A stretch of 64,000 nucleotides of DNA, taken from NCBI GenBank assembly GCA_002269645.1, contig NIVC01003665.1, forward strand, positions 1-64,000, given 5' to 3'. Every line of letters starts with the position of its first letter. The stretch's first letter is position 1. Shown piece by piece: positions 25,911-40,899 of the stretch. The notes under the pieces are model-generated. The model saw nothing but the letters and a program-made list of their open reading frames with translations, was not told the origin of the DNA and searched no databases. A program made the position numbers and the translations under genes. This DNA comes from Macrostomum lignano (taxonomy: Eukaryota).

Positions 25911-26521
25911 ATTGAGCATGAGATTCATTCCTTCGTGCAGATTGAAGCATAGAAATTTTAGCTATGCAGTTTCCACACCGGAAAGTGTAAAAAAAGTTGA
26001 ACAGGCTTGCAGACACGCTGAGGTTTCCTTAGCGACCATCAATCACAGCAAGTCCACTCCTCCGCTATCGAAAATAACATGATTGAATCGCGTGTGCGTC
26101 AGGATTGAACCTTTAGCTAAGAAATTTTACCGCATTTGCTACGGGTGTGCTTCAAGGGGATTTAGAAAGATGTGTCTGCTCCATCATTCTCCCAGGCTTC
26201 TAAAGAATTGTTGCTAGGCCGTTAGAAAATCCCTTTAAAGTCCTTCAAATATTATTCAGGGAAGGGTATTGCGGATTGAGAGCAGATGTCCCTCAGACAG
26301 CTTTGCTGCATTCCTACTGAAATTCGAGACATCTTTTCGGACTTTGCCTTTTCACTGCGTGTCTGAAAACTTTCCATGGATTTTATTTGATTTCTTGGCA
26401 TACATTTTTGCTTCCTGTTAGGGAGTAGGAAGTAGGAATGAAGGTATAGAAAGGTCACTGCCTCAGCCTCTACCAATATTGCGAAAAAATTAGATAAATT
26501 CGTAAGATATTTTTGGGGTAG

Positions 26522-26566
26522 GTAAATAGATAGATAGGTAGGTAGGTAGGTAGATAGATAGGTAGG

Positions 26567-26633
<67 letters not shown>

Positions 26634-26920
26634 GTAGGTAGGTAGTTAGGTAGGTAGGTAGGTAGGTAGGTAGGTAGGTAGGTAGGTAGGTAGGTAGGTA
26701 GGTAGGTAGGTAGATAGGTAGATAGGTAGATAAATAGGTAGACAGGTGCTCGTAGGTAGGTAGATAGATAGGTAGGTGGATAGGTAGATAGATAGATAGG
26801 TAGTCAGGTAGGTAGATATGTAGATAGGTAAGTGGATAAGTAGGTAGGTAGGTAGGTATGTAGGTAGGTAAGTAGGTAGGTAGATAGGTAGGTAGCAGTT
26901 AGGTACGAGTTAGGGTAGGT
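26522..26920. repeat. (GATA)n/(GGTA)n microsatellite
   Basis: Direct reading. Confidence 0.95.
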
Positions 26921-27639
26921 TGGTAGGAGAGCAGACAAAGTAGGCAACGAACCTTCTTGGTGCGCCTCATCCCTAATGCCGGGATGGTGTGGAGACTCTG
27001 CATTGGTGAGAAAATCCAGCTAGGAGATAATCAGTCATGAGAAGGCAAATCCAGAACCTTTCCGGTCTCCCGAATCCCCATCCCTTAAGCCAACTGTTTC
27101 CCTTGAAAATGCGACGAAAGATCATCCATTTTTATCTGCCGAAAGCGGAGCAGGAGAAGAGAAGTCAGGCAGCGTGGCCAGGGGGACACCCAGAGAGATA
27201 CGCTAGTAGAAGGCTGTCATTTAAATCGATCACCCCGGCAACCCCACCTCAAACCAACCCCAATGCCAGTCGCTAGAGTGAGAAAGATGAGGCTAAGGAA
27301 AGGGGGATTCGAGCCTGGCTGGAGGGGAAGCCGCACGAGCGAACGAGCCGGGGCAGACGCTGGGCCATGGCGGGCGGTTACCATGGCTTATTAAAGAAAA
27401 TCAATTTTATATCTCCGTCGACTGCTTGCTCAGTAGTAGCGGCAGCAGGCAGTCAGTCAGCCAGACCTTTCCAAACTGAAGTAAAAAATGAAGTCTTGCC
27501 GATCAATCTTTCGACCTTTAATTATTAGTTGGATAGATTAAAGTAAACAAATGATTATGGGGGGGGCGGTGGGTTGCTTGGTAATTGAGTCATGAGTACA
27601 GTTTATAAAATAAATATATCAAATGGGGCAGGTCTGATA

Positions 27640-27731
27640 AGAAGAGAGAGCTTGAGTAAGAGATAATGGGAGGGAGGGGAGGAAGTAGATGGGAGGAAGT
27701 AGATGAGAACTATGAGAGGGAGGCAGTGAGT

Positions 27732-27801
<70 letters not shown>

Positions 27802-29070
27802 GAGAGAGAGGACACAGATGAGAGAGAGGGAGACCGATGAGAGAGAGGGAGACAGGTGAGAGAGAGAGAGGGAGACAGATGAGAGAGGGGGAGACAGATG
27901 AGAGAAAGAGAGGGAGACCGATGAGAGAGAGGGAGACCGATGAGAGAGAGGGAGACTGATGAGAGAGAGGGAGACAGATGAGAGAGAGGGAGGCAGATGA
28001 GAGAGAGGGAGACTGATGAGAGAGAGGGAGACAGATGAGAGAGGGGGAGGAAGATGAGAGAGAGAGGGAGACAGGTGAGAGAGAGAGGGAGACAGATGAG
28101 AGAGAGGGAGGAAGATGAGAGAGAGAGAGGGAGACATATGAGAGAGAGGGAGACAGATGAGAGAGAGGGAGACAGGTGAGAGAGAGGGAGACATATGAGA
28201 GAGGGGGAGGAAGATGAGAGAGAGGGAGACAGGTGAGAGAGAGAGAGGGAGACAGATGAGAGAGGGGGAGACAGATGAGAGAGAGGGAGACCGATGAGAG
28301 AGAGGGAGACCGATGAGAGAGAGGGAGACCGATGAGAGAGAGGGAGACAGATGAGAGAGAGGGAGGCAGATGAGAGAGAGGGAGACAGATGAGAGAGAGG
28401 GAGACAGGTGAGAGAGAGAGGGAGACAGATGAGAGAGGGAGGAAGATGAGAGAGAGAGAGGGAGACATATGAGAGAGAGGGAGACAGATGAGAGAGAGGG
28501 AGACAGGTGAGAGAGAGGGAGACATATGAGAGAGAGGGAGGAAGATGAGAGAGGGGGAGACAGGTGAGAGAGAGAGGGAGACAGATGAGAGAGAGGGAGG
28601 AAGATGAGAGAGAGGGAGACAGGTGAGAGAGAGAGGGAGACAGATGAGAGAGAGGGAGGAAGATGAGAGAGAGGGAGACAGATGAGAGAGAGGGAGGAAG
28701 ATGAGAGAGAGGGAGACAGGTGAGAGAGAGAGAGGGGGAGACAGATGAGAGAGAGAGGGAGACAGATGAGAGAGAGAGGGAGACAGATGAGAGAGAGAGA
28801 GGGAGACAGATGAGAGAGAGGGAGACAGGTGAGAGAGAGGGAGACAGATGAGAGAGAGGGAGACAGATGAGAGAGAGGGAGGCAGGTGAGAGAGAGAGGG
28901 AGACAGATGAGAGAGAGGGAGGAAGATGAGAGAGAGGGAGACAGATGAGAGAGAGGGAGGAAGATGAGAGAGAGGGAGACAGGTGAGAGAGAGAGAGGGG
29001 GAGACAGATGAGAGAGAGGGAGACAGATGAGAGAGAGGGAGGCAGATGAGAGAGAGGGAGGCAGATGAGA
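27640..29070. repeat. Polypurine minisatellite (GAGAGGGAGACAGATGAGA-type units) and (GA)n
   Basis: Direct reading; the + strand is almost all purine. Confidence 0.95.
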
Positions 29071-30159
29071 ATGCCAGAGAAGTACGGTAGCAAAGTGAGC
29101 TTGTGAAGCATTGACTTGAGCAGGGGATCCGACATTTGTTCCCCTGCATCTGAGCTGCGCCCCACCCACTAAAGAAAGAAGTCGCCCTCAAGCAACAGCT
29201 GTCCCAAGCAACTGTAAAAGTTGGTAACCGGATCTCCTGCATTCCCCCCTCCTCAGCCAGTTGCATTCCAAGTTCTCAAGGTCATAAATACCTAGTCAAG
29301 CCTGTTTTTTTCTAGTAACCTTTTTCTGACTCAAATTTTTCTTGCCAAAGCTTTTAAAATTGCTTTTGAGGCCGCTGAGCTTCACTTCTAGGAGTAAACA
29401 GCAACCCAGCAATGCAGAAATGCAGCTACCCCTTTTCTATCATTCCTCAAAGCAGACTCAAAGCTATTTTTTCTTTTAATCTGTAGCTCTGTGTCTCTAT
29501 ATAAGGGGTATATAACGGTATATAAGGGGTCGAAAATGAAATTAATACCTGAGACTGAAAATGGCTTGTGAATTATAAATTAATTGAGAGTAGATTAATA
29601 AGAAGGAGTGAGAAATAGCAGAGAAGTTGAGAGAGATAGAGAGAAATAGAAGAGAGGTAGAGAGGGATAGAGAATGAGAAATAAAAGAGAGGAAAAGAGA
29701 GATAGAGGGTGAGAAGTACGTATAAGAAAGTAGAGAGAAAAAGTGAGACTATTGGAGAAAACAGACCTCTCCGAAGCCCTAATTCAGAGAACAAGAAGTA
29801 AAATTAATTATTCGCAGGTAAGTTCTTAGCTTCAAGCAGTTCTCGATAATTATTTACTTTTACCTTCCCTTCCATTCCCGTGTTGGCCTTTAGTTAACAG
29901 CACCATTTGGGTTTATTTATAATGCATACCTTTGAAGTTGATGTAGATCAAATACGGACACTGACGCTTGCTTCTTCGAATTGTTGCTAGGAGCTTGGAG
30001 GAAATTCTGTGACTGAAAAATTTCCTGCTGCAAATTTAGCTGCGGAATGGAGTCAACAGCTGACCTGCAATAAATCTTATTCGTACGAGGGCTGAAATTT
30101 CAGGTTACATAGATTGCATCAGATAGGACCTTCCTAGATCCTAGCGGAATTGCACGGGA

Positions 30160-30648
30160 GTCACGTGACCTCCCTAAGTCCTTTTGTAATTTAGCGGGGG
30201 TCATGTGACCACCTGAAATTCTTTTAAAGTCAAACCTAGGTCACCGGATCACTCTGAATCCTCTCGAGATAAAAACCAAATAGGGGTCATGTGACCTCCC
30301 CTAAAACTATCGAAATCAAGCAGGGTCATATGACCACCCGAATTCTTTTTCGAATAACAATAAAGGTTATGTTACCTCTAAAATTTTCAATTGGCATCCG
30401 GCAGGGGTCACGTGACCACCTAAAATATATAATCAACAGTAATCACGTGAGTGACCTGTTTGAATCTTATTGATAGTAAAGAGGAGTCACGTGACCCCCC
30501 AACAATACATAATCAACAGTGATCACGTGACCTATTTGAATCCTATTGATAGTAAACAAGAGTCACGTGACCACCCAAAAAAACCATAATCAACAGTGAT
30601 CACGTGACATCCTTGAATGCTATTGACAGTAAACAGGGGTCACTTGAC
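30160..30648. repeat. ~40-bp-period array of GTCACGTGAC palindromes
   Basis: 13 copies of the palindrome or variants with spacings of 35-46 bp. The last six form a 76-77-bp dimer repeat. Confidence 0.85.
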
Positions 30649-31268
30649 CAACCTAGACCCCCTGAAAGACACGCACTTCCAGTCTCATATGAGAACTTTC
30701 TGTGCACAGAATCAGAGCAGTCCAGTGAGGCCCAGCTTACATGCAGCCAACGGAAAATGTCCGTCACTCACACCAGTGTCCCTGACCCTCAGCCACCGGC
30801 CTTCCTGCCCTCCCCCGCCACCCCTGAGTGTTCGCCGTCCGCACAGCAGCAGCTGCAGTGGGGGGGGGAGGCAGAGCGGAGCGGCAGCTTCAAGTGGGGC
30901 GGCAACTCCGGCACCCCCCAACCCAGGCTCGCTGGGCTTCCACCGAGGGCGTCAACCGAGACAGGCAGATGTGCGCAATATTCTCCCAGGCTGTCTCTCC
31001 TCGCCCCGGCAGAATTCCCAGCAACTGGGAGCCGCCCCCGAAGCCAGAACAGATTCCAAGTGGCGGAGAAGAGAAATAGCGGGGTTGCGCACAGGCCATG
31101 GCTGGTAATTATACCGCTGCAGCTGGCCAAGTCTGTGCCAAAGTGTAACCCAACCCTTGGGCCTGCCTGTGGCCCACTGACTGGCGGACTCACATTGCTG
31201 GGGCTGCAGAAGTCACCGGTAAATATTGGGAAAATAAAAGAGTGCTTGAATACGGAGGCTGCAGAGAT

Positions 31269-31866
<598 letters not shown>

Positions 31867-33509
31867 TGACAGGCAGGCAGATGCAGAGGCAGATGCTGAG
31901 CAGCTGTATCAACACACCGAACGGCCCAGTCGTTATTTACCCACGCCGCCAAGCCGGCTAGGAGAGCAAATAGAAATTGGGTTTGCCAGTTGTAACGCAG
32001 AAGCTGCGTTAGTTGAAGAAGAACTGCCACAATTATCTTGTCGCCAGCCTTGTGAATTTTCTTTCACTTTAGAAATCTTTTCTTATTAGTATTCCAGTTG
32101 CTGGCGAACTTGTTTAACTGGGCTATTCCCGGGTTCATATCGTACCGTTTGCAGAAAATGACTAAAAGAGAAGGTGAGATAATTGAAAGCCAAATAAATG
32201 TGATGAAGTGTAAAGGTTGAGGTGGAGAGTGGGATAGAAAGTGAGAGATCGATTGAGAGGGAGAGAGATAGAGAGGGAGAGGGAGATAGAGAGGGAGATA
32301 GAGATGGAGAGGGAGAGCAAGTGAGAGATAGGGAGGGAGAATGAAGAGAGCAGGAAGAGTAGAAGTAGACAGAGAAAAGAAGACAGAGAAGGAGAGAGAT
32401 GGGAAGAGAGGAGAGTGAAGGTAGGAGAGGGAAAATTGAAACGAGAGAAAAGAAGGCTGAAGGACAGGAGAGGTTAAAGAAAAAAGAAGAAATCGATTCA
32501 CTGAAAGCAGAGAATCAGCAAGGATCAGCCTGGAACAGAGAACACAGCTAGTGCTAAAGGGTTTTTGAAACCACTTTACTTGGCTCTTTTTTCTTTGTAA
32601 AAAATCAAATACACCTGTCAATTACGAATGCCACATCATAAATTTCACTGACCCGCTATTGACGGGACTCAAGACCTCGAACTCGATGTTTTCTGCGTCA
32701 GGAAATTTTCTCAAAAGCTACACAATCATGTCCGTCTTATGGTTGCTGCTTTTCTGAAGCCGAACAAGCGCCAATCTTGAACACCGGGAAAATTTTGTTT
32801 GAAGGAGTCTGTCAAACGCTCACGGTCGCTTGGGTCTTTCTTTGACCGTCTTTTCAGGCAGAATGCTTCGAGACTAGCTAATTAGTCTCTCCCGGGAGAG
32901 TTTCAGACAGAGGATTTTCCTAGAAAAAATGGAATTACGAGTAATATCTGAGCGGCTTAAAAGGTACTTATTAATTGATGAGTCACCTCCTGTTTGCAGA
33001 AGGTCCTGAGACTCTGAAATATTTGTAACCTTTATTTAGTCACCATTTTGCTGCTAATTGCTGCTTTTTGCTGATGCAAAACAACTTCATCTCCTTGCTG
33101 AGTAGTTGGTGCCTTATCATGGCGCTACTCCGGGTTCAAATTAATGTGGCGCCTTCTGGTGTATTTTTGGCGTCATCTCGCGTTTTTTTACTCCCCATTA
33201 GTTGCAGTTTTGTACTTTTATATGCACTTTTAGCTCCGCTTTATGGCGTTTTCCTGAATAGTTTAGTCATAGTTGGATTCATATTTCTAAACTGATTAAT
33301 GACTTTTTCTCGCTTGATTACACCCTGTGCCAATTTTTTGCTTGACTAAGAATTACTAAGCATGAATGCCACTGAATTGATTAATAATGCCCATTTTTGA
33401 TTGACACTAGCAGTGTTTAAATGAGAATTACCTGCTTTAACTTGCTTAGAAATAATTTTAGTCAAACAGGCCATTACTTAGTTAGAATTTACACGCTTCT
33501 TTAAAAGAA

Positions 33510-34165
33510 AAGGGGGCAAACGTGTGAGGGGTTAGCGGTTTGGGGTGGCGGGAGTACCCTTATCTGCCTCACTCTGTGGGGGTGGGGGCAAGCGTGTAAG
33601 GGGTTTGTGGTTTGGGGTGGCGGGCGTACCATTATCTGCCTTTCGCTGTGGGGGTGGGGGGGGGCACGCATGTGAGGGGTGGGGGGGGCACGCATGCGAG
33701 GGGTTAGCGGTTTGGGGTGGCGAGAGTACCCTTATCTCCTCACTCTGTGGGGGTGGGGGGCAAGCGTGTAAGGGGTTTGTGGTTTGGGGTGGCGGGCGTA
33801 CCCTTATCTCCTCACTCTGTGGGGGTTGGGGGCACGCATGTGAGGGGTTTGTGGTTTGGGGTGGCGGGCGTACCCTTATCTCCTCACTCTGTGGAGGTGG
33901 GGGGCACGCATGTGAGGGGTTTGTGGTTTGGGGTGGCGGGCGTACCCTTATCTCCTCACTCTGTGGAGGTGGGGGGCACGCATGTGAGGGGTTTGTGGTT
34001 TGGGGTGGCGGGCGTAGCCTTATCTCCTCACTCTGTGGAGGTGGGGGCAAACGTGTAAGGGGTTTGTGGTTTGGGGTGGCGGGCGTACCCTTATTTGCCT
34101 CTCGCTGTGGGGGTGGAGGGCACGCATGTGAGGGGTTTGTGGGCGTGCCTTTGCCCGCCTCTTTT
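33510..34165. repeat. 72-bp G-rich minisatellite, ~8 copies
   Basis: TGAGGGG recurs at 33841 and 33913. Confidence 0.92.
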
Positions 34166-35044
34166 AGATACTAGCTTAAATCAAATTAATCTTAATGCAT
34201 CGCACTTAGGATTCCGCCATATGTAAATGAGTACATTTCTTACAGTGCGATCGCCGGAAAGAGTCCACTCATATATTTTTTTATTGCTGAAGATGGCCTA
34301 TATATAGTATGCAAAAATTAATAATGAGAAGCGGCGTTTCTCTGTGCTTCGTCGAGATTTCGAAGCGTGGGCTTGGGGCATTACGGTACTGCGGGTTGGT
34401 CTGATGGAGAAAGCGAGCGAGCGAGTGGAGGGTAGGATGAAGTGAAGAGTCACACAGAGAGGAGGAGAGAGCGGTGGCAGTAGGACGGCAGCTCCGCTTG
34501 AGTGGGCACTTTAGTCGAGTCCCCGACCAGGCCTGAATAAAGCACCGAAGCACCCCCTCTCCCACGCGGATGCGAATATCTCGAGGGAGCTTGTACATGT
34601 AAGCTACGGTGGCTTTACCTCCACTTATTCAACTGCAACTACGAGCTAACCCAGTCTTCTCGCCCGGCTTATTGCCCCGAAAAAGGGGGTAGAGGATTTA
34701 TTCCGGTACGGCCATTCTCCCTCTCGCCTCTTCCTTCTAATCCGGTAGCCTCTAAACCCCGAGTTTCACAGCCTCCCCCTACATGCACATACATGCTGTA
34801 TGGCCTCTCAATGTATTGCGAAGCTCGTCCTGATCTTCGTGCAGCACCTTTCTTCTTTTATATATACCTGCGTTATAAGTATATGGACTCCTGTTTTGCT
34901 GGTCACGCAAGCCAGAGAGTCAAATTTTTCTCGGCCTTGAAGCTTCCGCAGCTTTCTGCAAATAATTTTATCAGCACGAAATCAAAAACAAGATTTTATT
35001 TTTTTATTTCTGATCCGCTTTATAATAACTCAAATTGCAGTGCA

Positions 35045-35215
35045 CACCAGGCTAATGGGATCTCTAACTAGGGATTAACACCAGGCTAATGGGATCTCTA
35101 ATTAGGGATTAACACCAGGCTAATGGGATCTCTAATTAGGGATTAACACCAGGCTAATGGGATCTCTAATTAGGGATTAACACCAGGCTAATGGGATCTC
35201 TAATTTGGGACTAAT
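35045..35215. repeat. 34-bp minisatellite CACCAGGCTAATGGGATCTCTAATTAGGGATTAA x5
   Basis: Direct reading. Confidence 0.95.
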
Positions 35216-35719
35216 ACCTGGGTGATGATATTTCTAAATGATAACGAATAAGCTTTGACTTTTAGATTTACACGATTTCAAAACTACCAGCTGTCTTTCG
35301 AGAAACTGCGGTCACTAACCGCAACCAATTTTGCTTAACTAGTAATTTTGACAACGAATACGCCAAACGGATTGAATTAGTGACCCTAAAATTATTAACT
35401 TTGTAGAGTTTTACATTTTTGGTCACGTTGAACATTGAAACCTACAGCTACTGGTTAATTCCATTAGCATCTTAGCCTCGCCACCTCGGCCAAGCGCAAA
35501 TTAGTGCTATGGCGTGAAGTTGACAGCCCAATGCATTAGGGAAGTGGGGGGGGGGGTGAGGAGAGAGAGGCGCTCAATCTGCGATATTGGAACTGGCGGA
35601 TGCGATGACCTCGCGGTTCTCCCGCGCATTCTGTCTGTCTTGTTGTGCGCGGAATCCGCCCGATATCTGTCCGCTCCGGTTTAATATTTGTACTGGGGAC
35701 TTGGCCGGCTCATAATGAC

Positions 35720-36165
<446 letters not shown>

Positions 36166-36946
36166 TTCCTGCCTCTGTTTCTATCTGGAGGCTTGGCAAG
36201 AACATAAGATCGGAAAGGACACAAAAATGCAAAAAATAAATTGGACAAAACTACAGATTAAACCAAGACCCATGGATACAAAGACTCCAAGTCACAACAG
36301 CAGAAGGTCAGACAGTGTACATGTCGACACCTTGACAGATCCCACAGATCTCACAATCAAAATACGCATAAACATCTCTATATATTGTCAGGCGCAATAT
36401 CCCAGCTACTCAAGCCACCCTCAGCTCCGGTACCGCCGGTACAGCTCTCTCAACCCGGAAATTAATGCCCCCCCCCCTGTAGGAGAGAGCCCCCTCGAGG
36501 ATTTGATGGCTTCCTCAATTTTGGATTGAAAATTGGACAGGGGGTGGAGAGAAACGAAGAGGTGGCGAAGAATGAATTTCGACTCGATTGCCGAGCTGGC
36601 TGATGAGGGACTGCAGATAGCCCCAGACTCTTACTACTCCGTGTTGTCCCCATGGGATCGAGGCTGGAAGAACTTCTGCAGCTCAAGCTGAGTGCTTATA
36701 GTACCATAAGAGTCTGGATGGCTCGCTCTCGGTAATTGTCACTTTTTATGCCGAACTAGAGTGAACAATGTCAAAAGATGAGTCTCAAGAGACTAGAGCA
36801 GTCAAATTGGCTTCAAATGGTTCCGCTTAGCAACTAATTCTTTATTCCCTATATTGCTCATTCATAATTTTTTTCAATCTATTCTTGATGAAGCCTGACA
36901 TGCAACAAATTAAACATTTTTGTGCCACTCTAAAGACATATAGTTT

Positions 36947-37510
36947 TGGAACTCCAGGGACATTGTCACTTTTGGCACTCCAGGGACATTGTCACTTTTG
37001 GCACTCCAGGGACATTGTCACTTTTGGCACTCCAGGGACATTGTCACTTTTGGTACTCCAGGGACATTGTCACTTTTGGCACTCCAGGGACATTGTCACT
37101 TTTGGCACTCCAGGGACATTGTCACTTTTGGCACTCCAGGGACAATGCCACTATTGGCACTCCAGAGACAATGTCACTATTGGCACTCCAGAGACAATGG
37201 CACTATTGGCACTCCATGGACAATGCCACTATTGGCACTCCAGAGACAATGTCACTATTGGCACTCCAGAGACAATGGCACTATTGGCACTCCATGGACA
37301 ATGCCACTATTGGCACTCCAGGGACAATGCCACTATTGGCACTCCAGGGACAATGCCACAATTGGCACTCCATGGACAATGCCACTATTGGCACTCCAGG
37401 GACAATGCCACAATTGGCACTCCAGAGACAATGCCACTATTGGCACTCCAGGGACAATGCTTTGTCATTTCGGCCGTGCAAAACCACTTCTGGCACTCTA
37501 GAGACATTGT
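36947..37510. repeat. 26-bp minisatellite GGCACTCCAGGGACA(T/A)TG(T/C)CACT(T/A)TT
   Basis: Direct reading, ~20 copies in two variant blocks. Confidence 0.95.
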
Positions 37511-38029
37511 TTCTTCTAGTACTCCAGGAACATTGTCAGCTCTGATACTCTGAGAAATTATAACTTTTAGCACTGCTTCATGCTCTGAGCTCAAAACCTG
37601 CGCTAGAAGAACACAAAGGTGATGAATATTGGGACTTCCAAAAAGCTGCCGTTGTAATGCACATTCACGAACTATCCCTTGGAAACTGAGCACACCCAAC
37701 CCTATTGGCATACAAAGTAGAAGATGAAAATTATGTAAATTTTTCCCATTTTTTTGTCAACCAAAGTCGACATGGATATGCGGGGTCGAGCATCGGTTCA
37801 AAAACACTGGTTTGAAGATGGACAGAATTTTTATGAGGCTTACTTTTGAGCATACGTGTATAGTCAAAGCCTTTGATCGCCGGGGGCTGAGGATCGGTTT
37901 CGGACTCATGAGCTTGAATTCACTAATTCCCTGCTAGCTTTGAGGAATATTGCTGTTTAATAATTTCTCTGGCACTGCGACTGTATCTAGGCAGGTCTGA
38001 AACTCTTGCTCTGCTCTCTTCTTACTATG

Positions 38030-38975
38030 TTCTCTCCTCTCCTCCCCTCTCCTCTCCTCTCCTCTCCTCCCCTCTCCTCTCCTCTCCTCTCCTCTCCTCC
38101 CCTCTCCTCTCCTCTCCTCTCCTCTCCTCTCCTCTCCTCTCCTGTCCTCTCCTCTCCTCTCCTCCTCTCCTCTCCTGTCCTCTCTTCTCCTCTCCTCTCC
38201 TCTCCTCTCCTCTCCTCTCCTGTCCTCTCTTCTCCTCTCCTCTCCTCTCCTCTCCTCTCCTCCCCTCTCCTCTCTTCCCCTCTTCTCTCCACTCTTCTCC
38301 TCTCCTCTCCTCTCCTCTCCTCTCCTCCCTCTCCGCTCTTCCCCTCTTCTCTCCACTCTTCTCCTCTCCTCTCCTCTCCTCTCCTCTCCTCTCCTCTCCT
38401 CTCCTCTCCTCTCCTCTCCTCTCCTCTCCTCTCCTCTCCTCTCCTCCCCTCTCCTCTCCTCTCCTCTCCTCTCCTCTCCTCTCCTCTCCTCTCCTCTCCT
38501 CTCCTCTCATCTCCTCTCCTCTCCTCTCCTGTCCTCTCTTCTCCTCTCCTCTCCTCTCCTCTCCTCTCCTCCCCTCTCCTCTCTTCCCCTCTTCTCTCCA
38601 CTCTTCTCCTCTCCTCTCCTCTCCTCTCCTCTCCTCCCCTCTCCGCTCTTCCCCTCTTCTCTCCACTCTTCTCCTCTCCTCTCCTCTCCTCTCCTCTCCT
38701 CTCCTCTCCTCTCCTCTCCTCTCCTCTCCTCTCCTCTCCTCTCCTCTCCTCTCCTCTCCTCTCCTCTCCTGTCCTCTCTTCTCCTCTCCTCTCCTCTCCT
38801 CCCCTCTCCTCTCTTCCCCTCTTCTCTCCACTCTTCTCCTCTCCTCTCCTCTCCTCTCCTCTCCTCTCCTCTCCTCTCCTCTCCTCTCCTCTCCTCTCCT
38901 CTCCTCTCCTCTCCTCCCTCTCCTCTCCTCTCCTCTTCTCTCCTCTCCTCCTCTTCTCCTCTCTCCTCTCCTGTC
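38030..38975. repeat. (CTCCT)n polypyrimidine satellite
   Basis: Direct reading. Confidence 0.97.
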
Positions 38976-39529
38976 TCCAGGCTTTCACTCTGTTTGTGTA
39001 TCAGGGTTTTTCACCTGAAACCGACACTAAAATGGATAAAAAATAGCCCAAAACAAGTGCGCCAACACTGACAAATAGCAATTAACGATCACCTAAGAAA
39101 ATCAATTGTCACACTTTCAACCTTCAGGATGGCTACTATTAACAGAGAAGTATCGAAGCTTAAAAAGCTTATTATTGCAGGAGAGGGTAGAATTAGAAAG
39201 GCTCTTACATGCCCCTGAAGCTCGTTGTTTGTGTCTGTCTGTTTGAGAGTGCTCAAAATAAATACTCTCGTACCATCGTATATAACTATGCATTCTATGA
39301 GAATAATTATTTCGTAAGCTGCAATAAAACCTCAAAGCGCGTGTTGCATGAAGCATAAGGAATTGTGGGATTCTTGCAAACATGGAAATCAACGATTGAA
39401 CGATTCGGTTCAATTCAACGTTCGGTTTCCTCCCACATGTAAACCGTTTGTTGGCTAAAACCTTCGTAATGACATTGTTATCCTTTCTATTCTAATCCTG
39501 CTCCATCTCCCTCCCATTTTATCTTGATC

Positions 39530-40200
39530 CCATTATATCGTGATCCCGATCTTCTGGTCCTATTCTATCTTGATCCGATTCTATCTTGATCCCATTCTAT
39601 CTTGATCCCATTCTATCTTGATCCCATTCTTTTTTGATCCCATTCTATTTTGATCCCATTCCATCTTGGTCCTATTATATCTTGATCCCATTCTATCTTG
39701 ATCCCATTCTATCTTGATTCCATTCTATCTTGATCCCATTCTATCTTGATCCCATTCTATCTTGGTCCTATTATATCTTGATCCCATTCTATTTTGATCC
39801 CATTCTATCTTGGTCCATTATATCTTGATCCCATTCTATTTTGATCCCATTCTATCTTGGTCCTATTATATCTTGATCCCATTCTATCTTGATTCCATTC
39901 TATCTTGATCCCATTCCATCTTGATCCCATTATATCTTGATCCCATTCTATTTTGATCCCATTCTATCTTGATCCCATTATATGTTGATCTCTTTATATG
40001 TTGATCCCATTCTATCTTGATCCCATTCTATCTTGATCCTATTCTATCTTGATCCAATTCTATCTTGATCCCATTCTATCTTGATTCCATTCTATCTTTA
40101 TCCCATTCTATCTTGATCCCATTCTACTCGTATCTTGATTCAACTCCATCTTGATCCCATTCTACTCGTATCTTGATTCAACTCCATCTTGATCCTATTC
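39530..40200. repeat. 16-bp minisatellite ATCTTGATCCCATTCT
   Basis: Direct reading, ~40 copies. Confidence 0.95.
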
Positions 40201-40899
40201 TGTTTCATCTAAACGAATCTTTAATTTTAACAAAACCAACAATGAAAAGCAGTTTATTTTTTCTTAAAATTCTTGACAAGTGAACTTCTTCTGTCCTCCT
40301 CAATGGGGGAACTTTCTATTTTTTTCTCTGTTCGACATTCGACATGTATTTTTAATGCCAAATATTACAAGAAACACAAATGGAGAATTGAGAGAGAATA
40401 ATTCAGTAGCTGCTTCATGGCTGGTACAAATGAAAAGCAATATTAATAAATAATACAAATGAAACCATGTGCGCCCACTTTAATACGAGTCGCATTTGGT
40501 GCTACGGTGCGTTAATTAGTGACCAAACGCAAATCGACAGTTTGAATAACCGCCAATTTTAGCACGCCTTATAACAATAAAGCGAATTACTTATTTTCAC
40601 ATTTTAAGTGTAAAAAATTAATCATTTACAAAAATTTATTGAACTAAATTTATAATGCCGATTCCGTGACAGGATTTCTGAAAGTTGAAAAAAAATCTTT
40701 ATATCATCGATCAAAGCTCATTAACATCCTGTAAAACATATCTGGATTTTAAATGTAGTGCCTTAATCCGATAATTTAATATGGGGATTATCGAAATAAG
40801 ATTTATATTCTCTTTTAATGACAATAATCTTTTCTAATTTAGAATCTTTTCGAATTGGGATTAAAGGGGGGTTTGGTATTTATAACAATAGGAATTATA

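Noticed and set aside
30083-30103. TACGAGGG mariner-like TIR start
   Set aside because: No matching inverted end or transposase was found.
30160-30648. CRISPR array
   Set aside because: The repeat is only a 10-bp dyad, later spacers are duplicated, there are no cas genes and the context is eukaryotic.
34286-34598. Possible solo LTR (TG...AATAAA...CA)
   Set aside because: No TSD and no second copy, PBS or PPT.
36300-36720. Possible second LINE endonuclease remnant
   Set aside because: Motif resemblance is too weak to call by eye.
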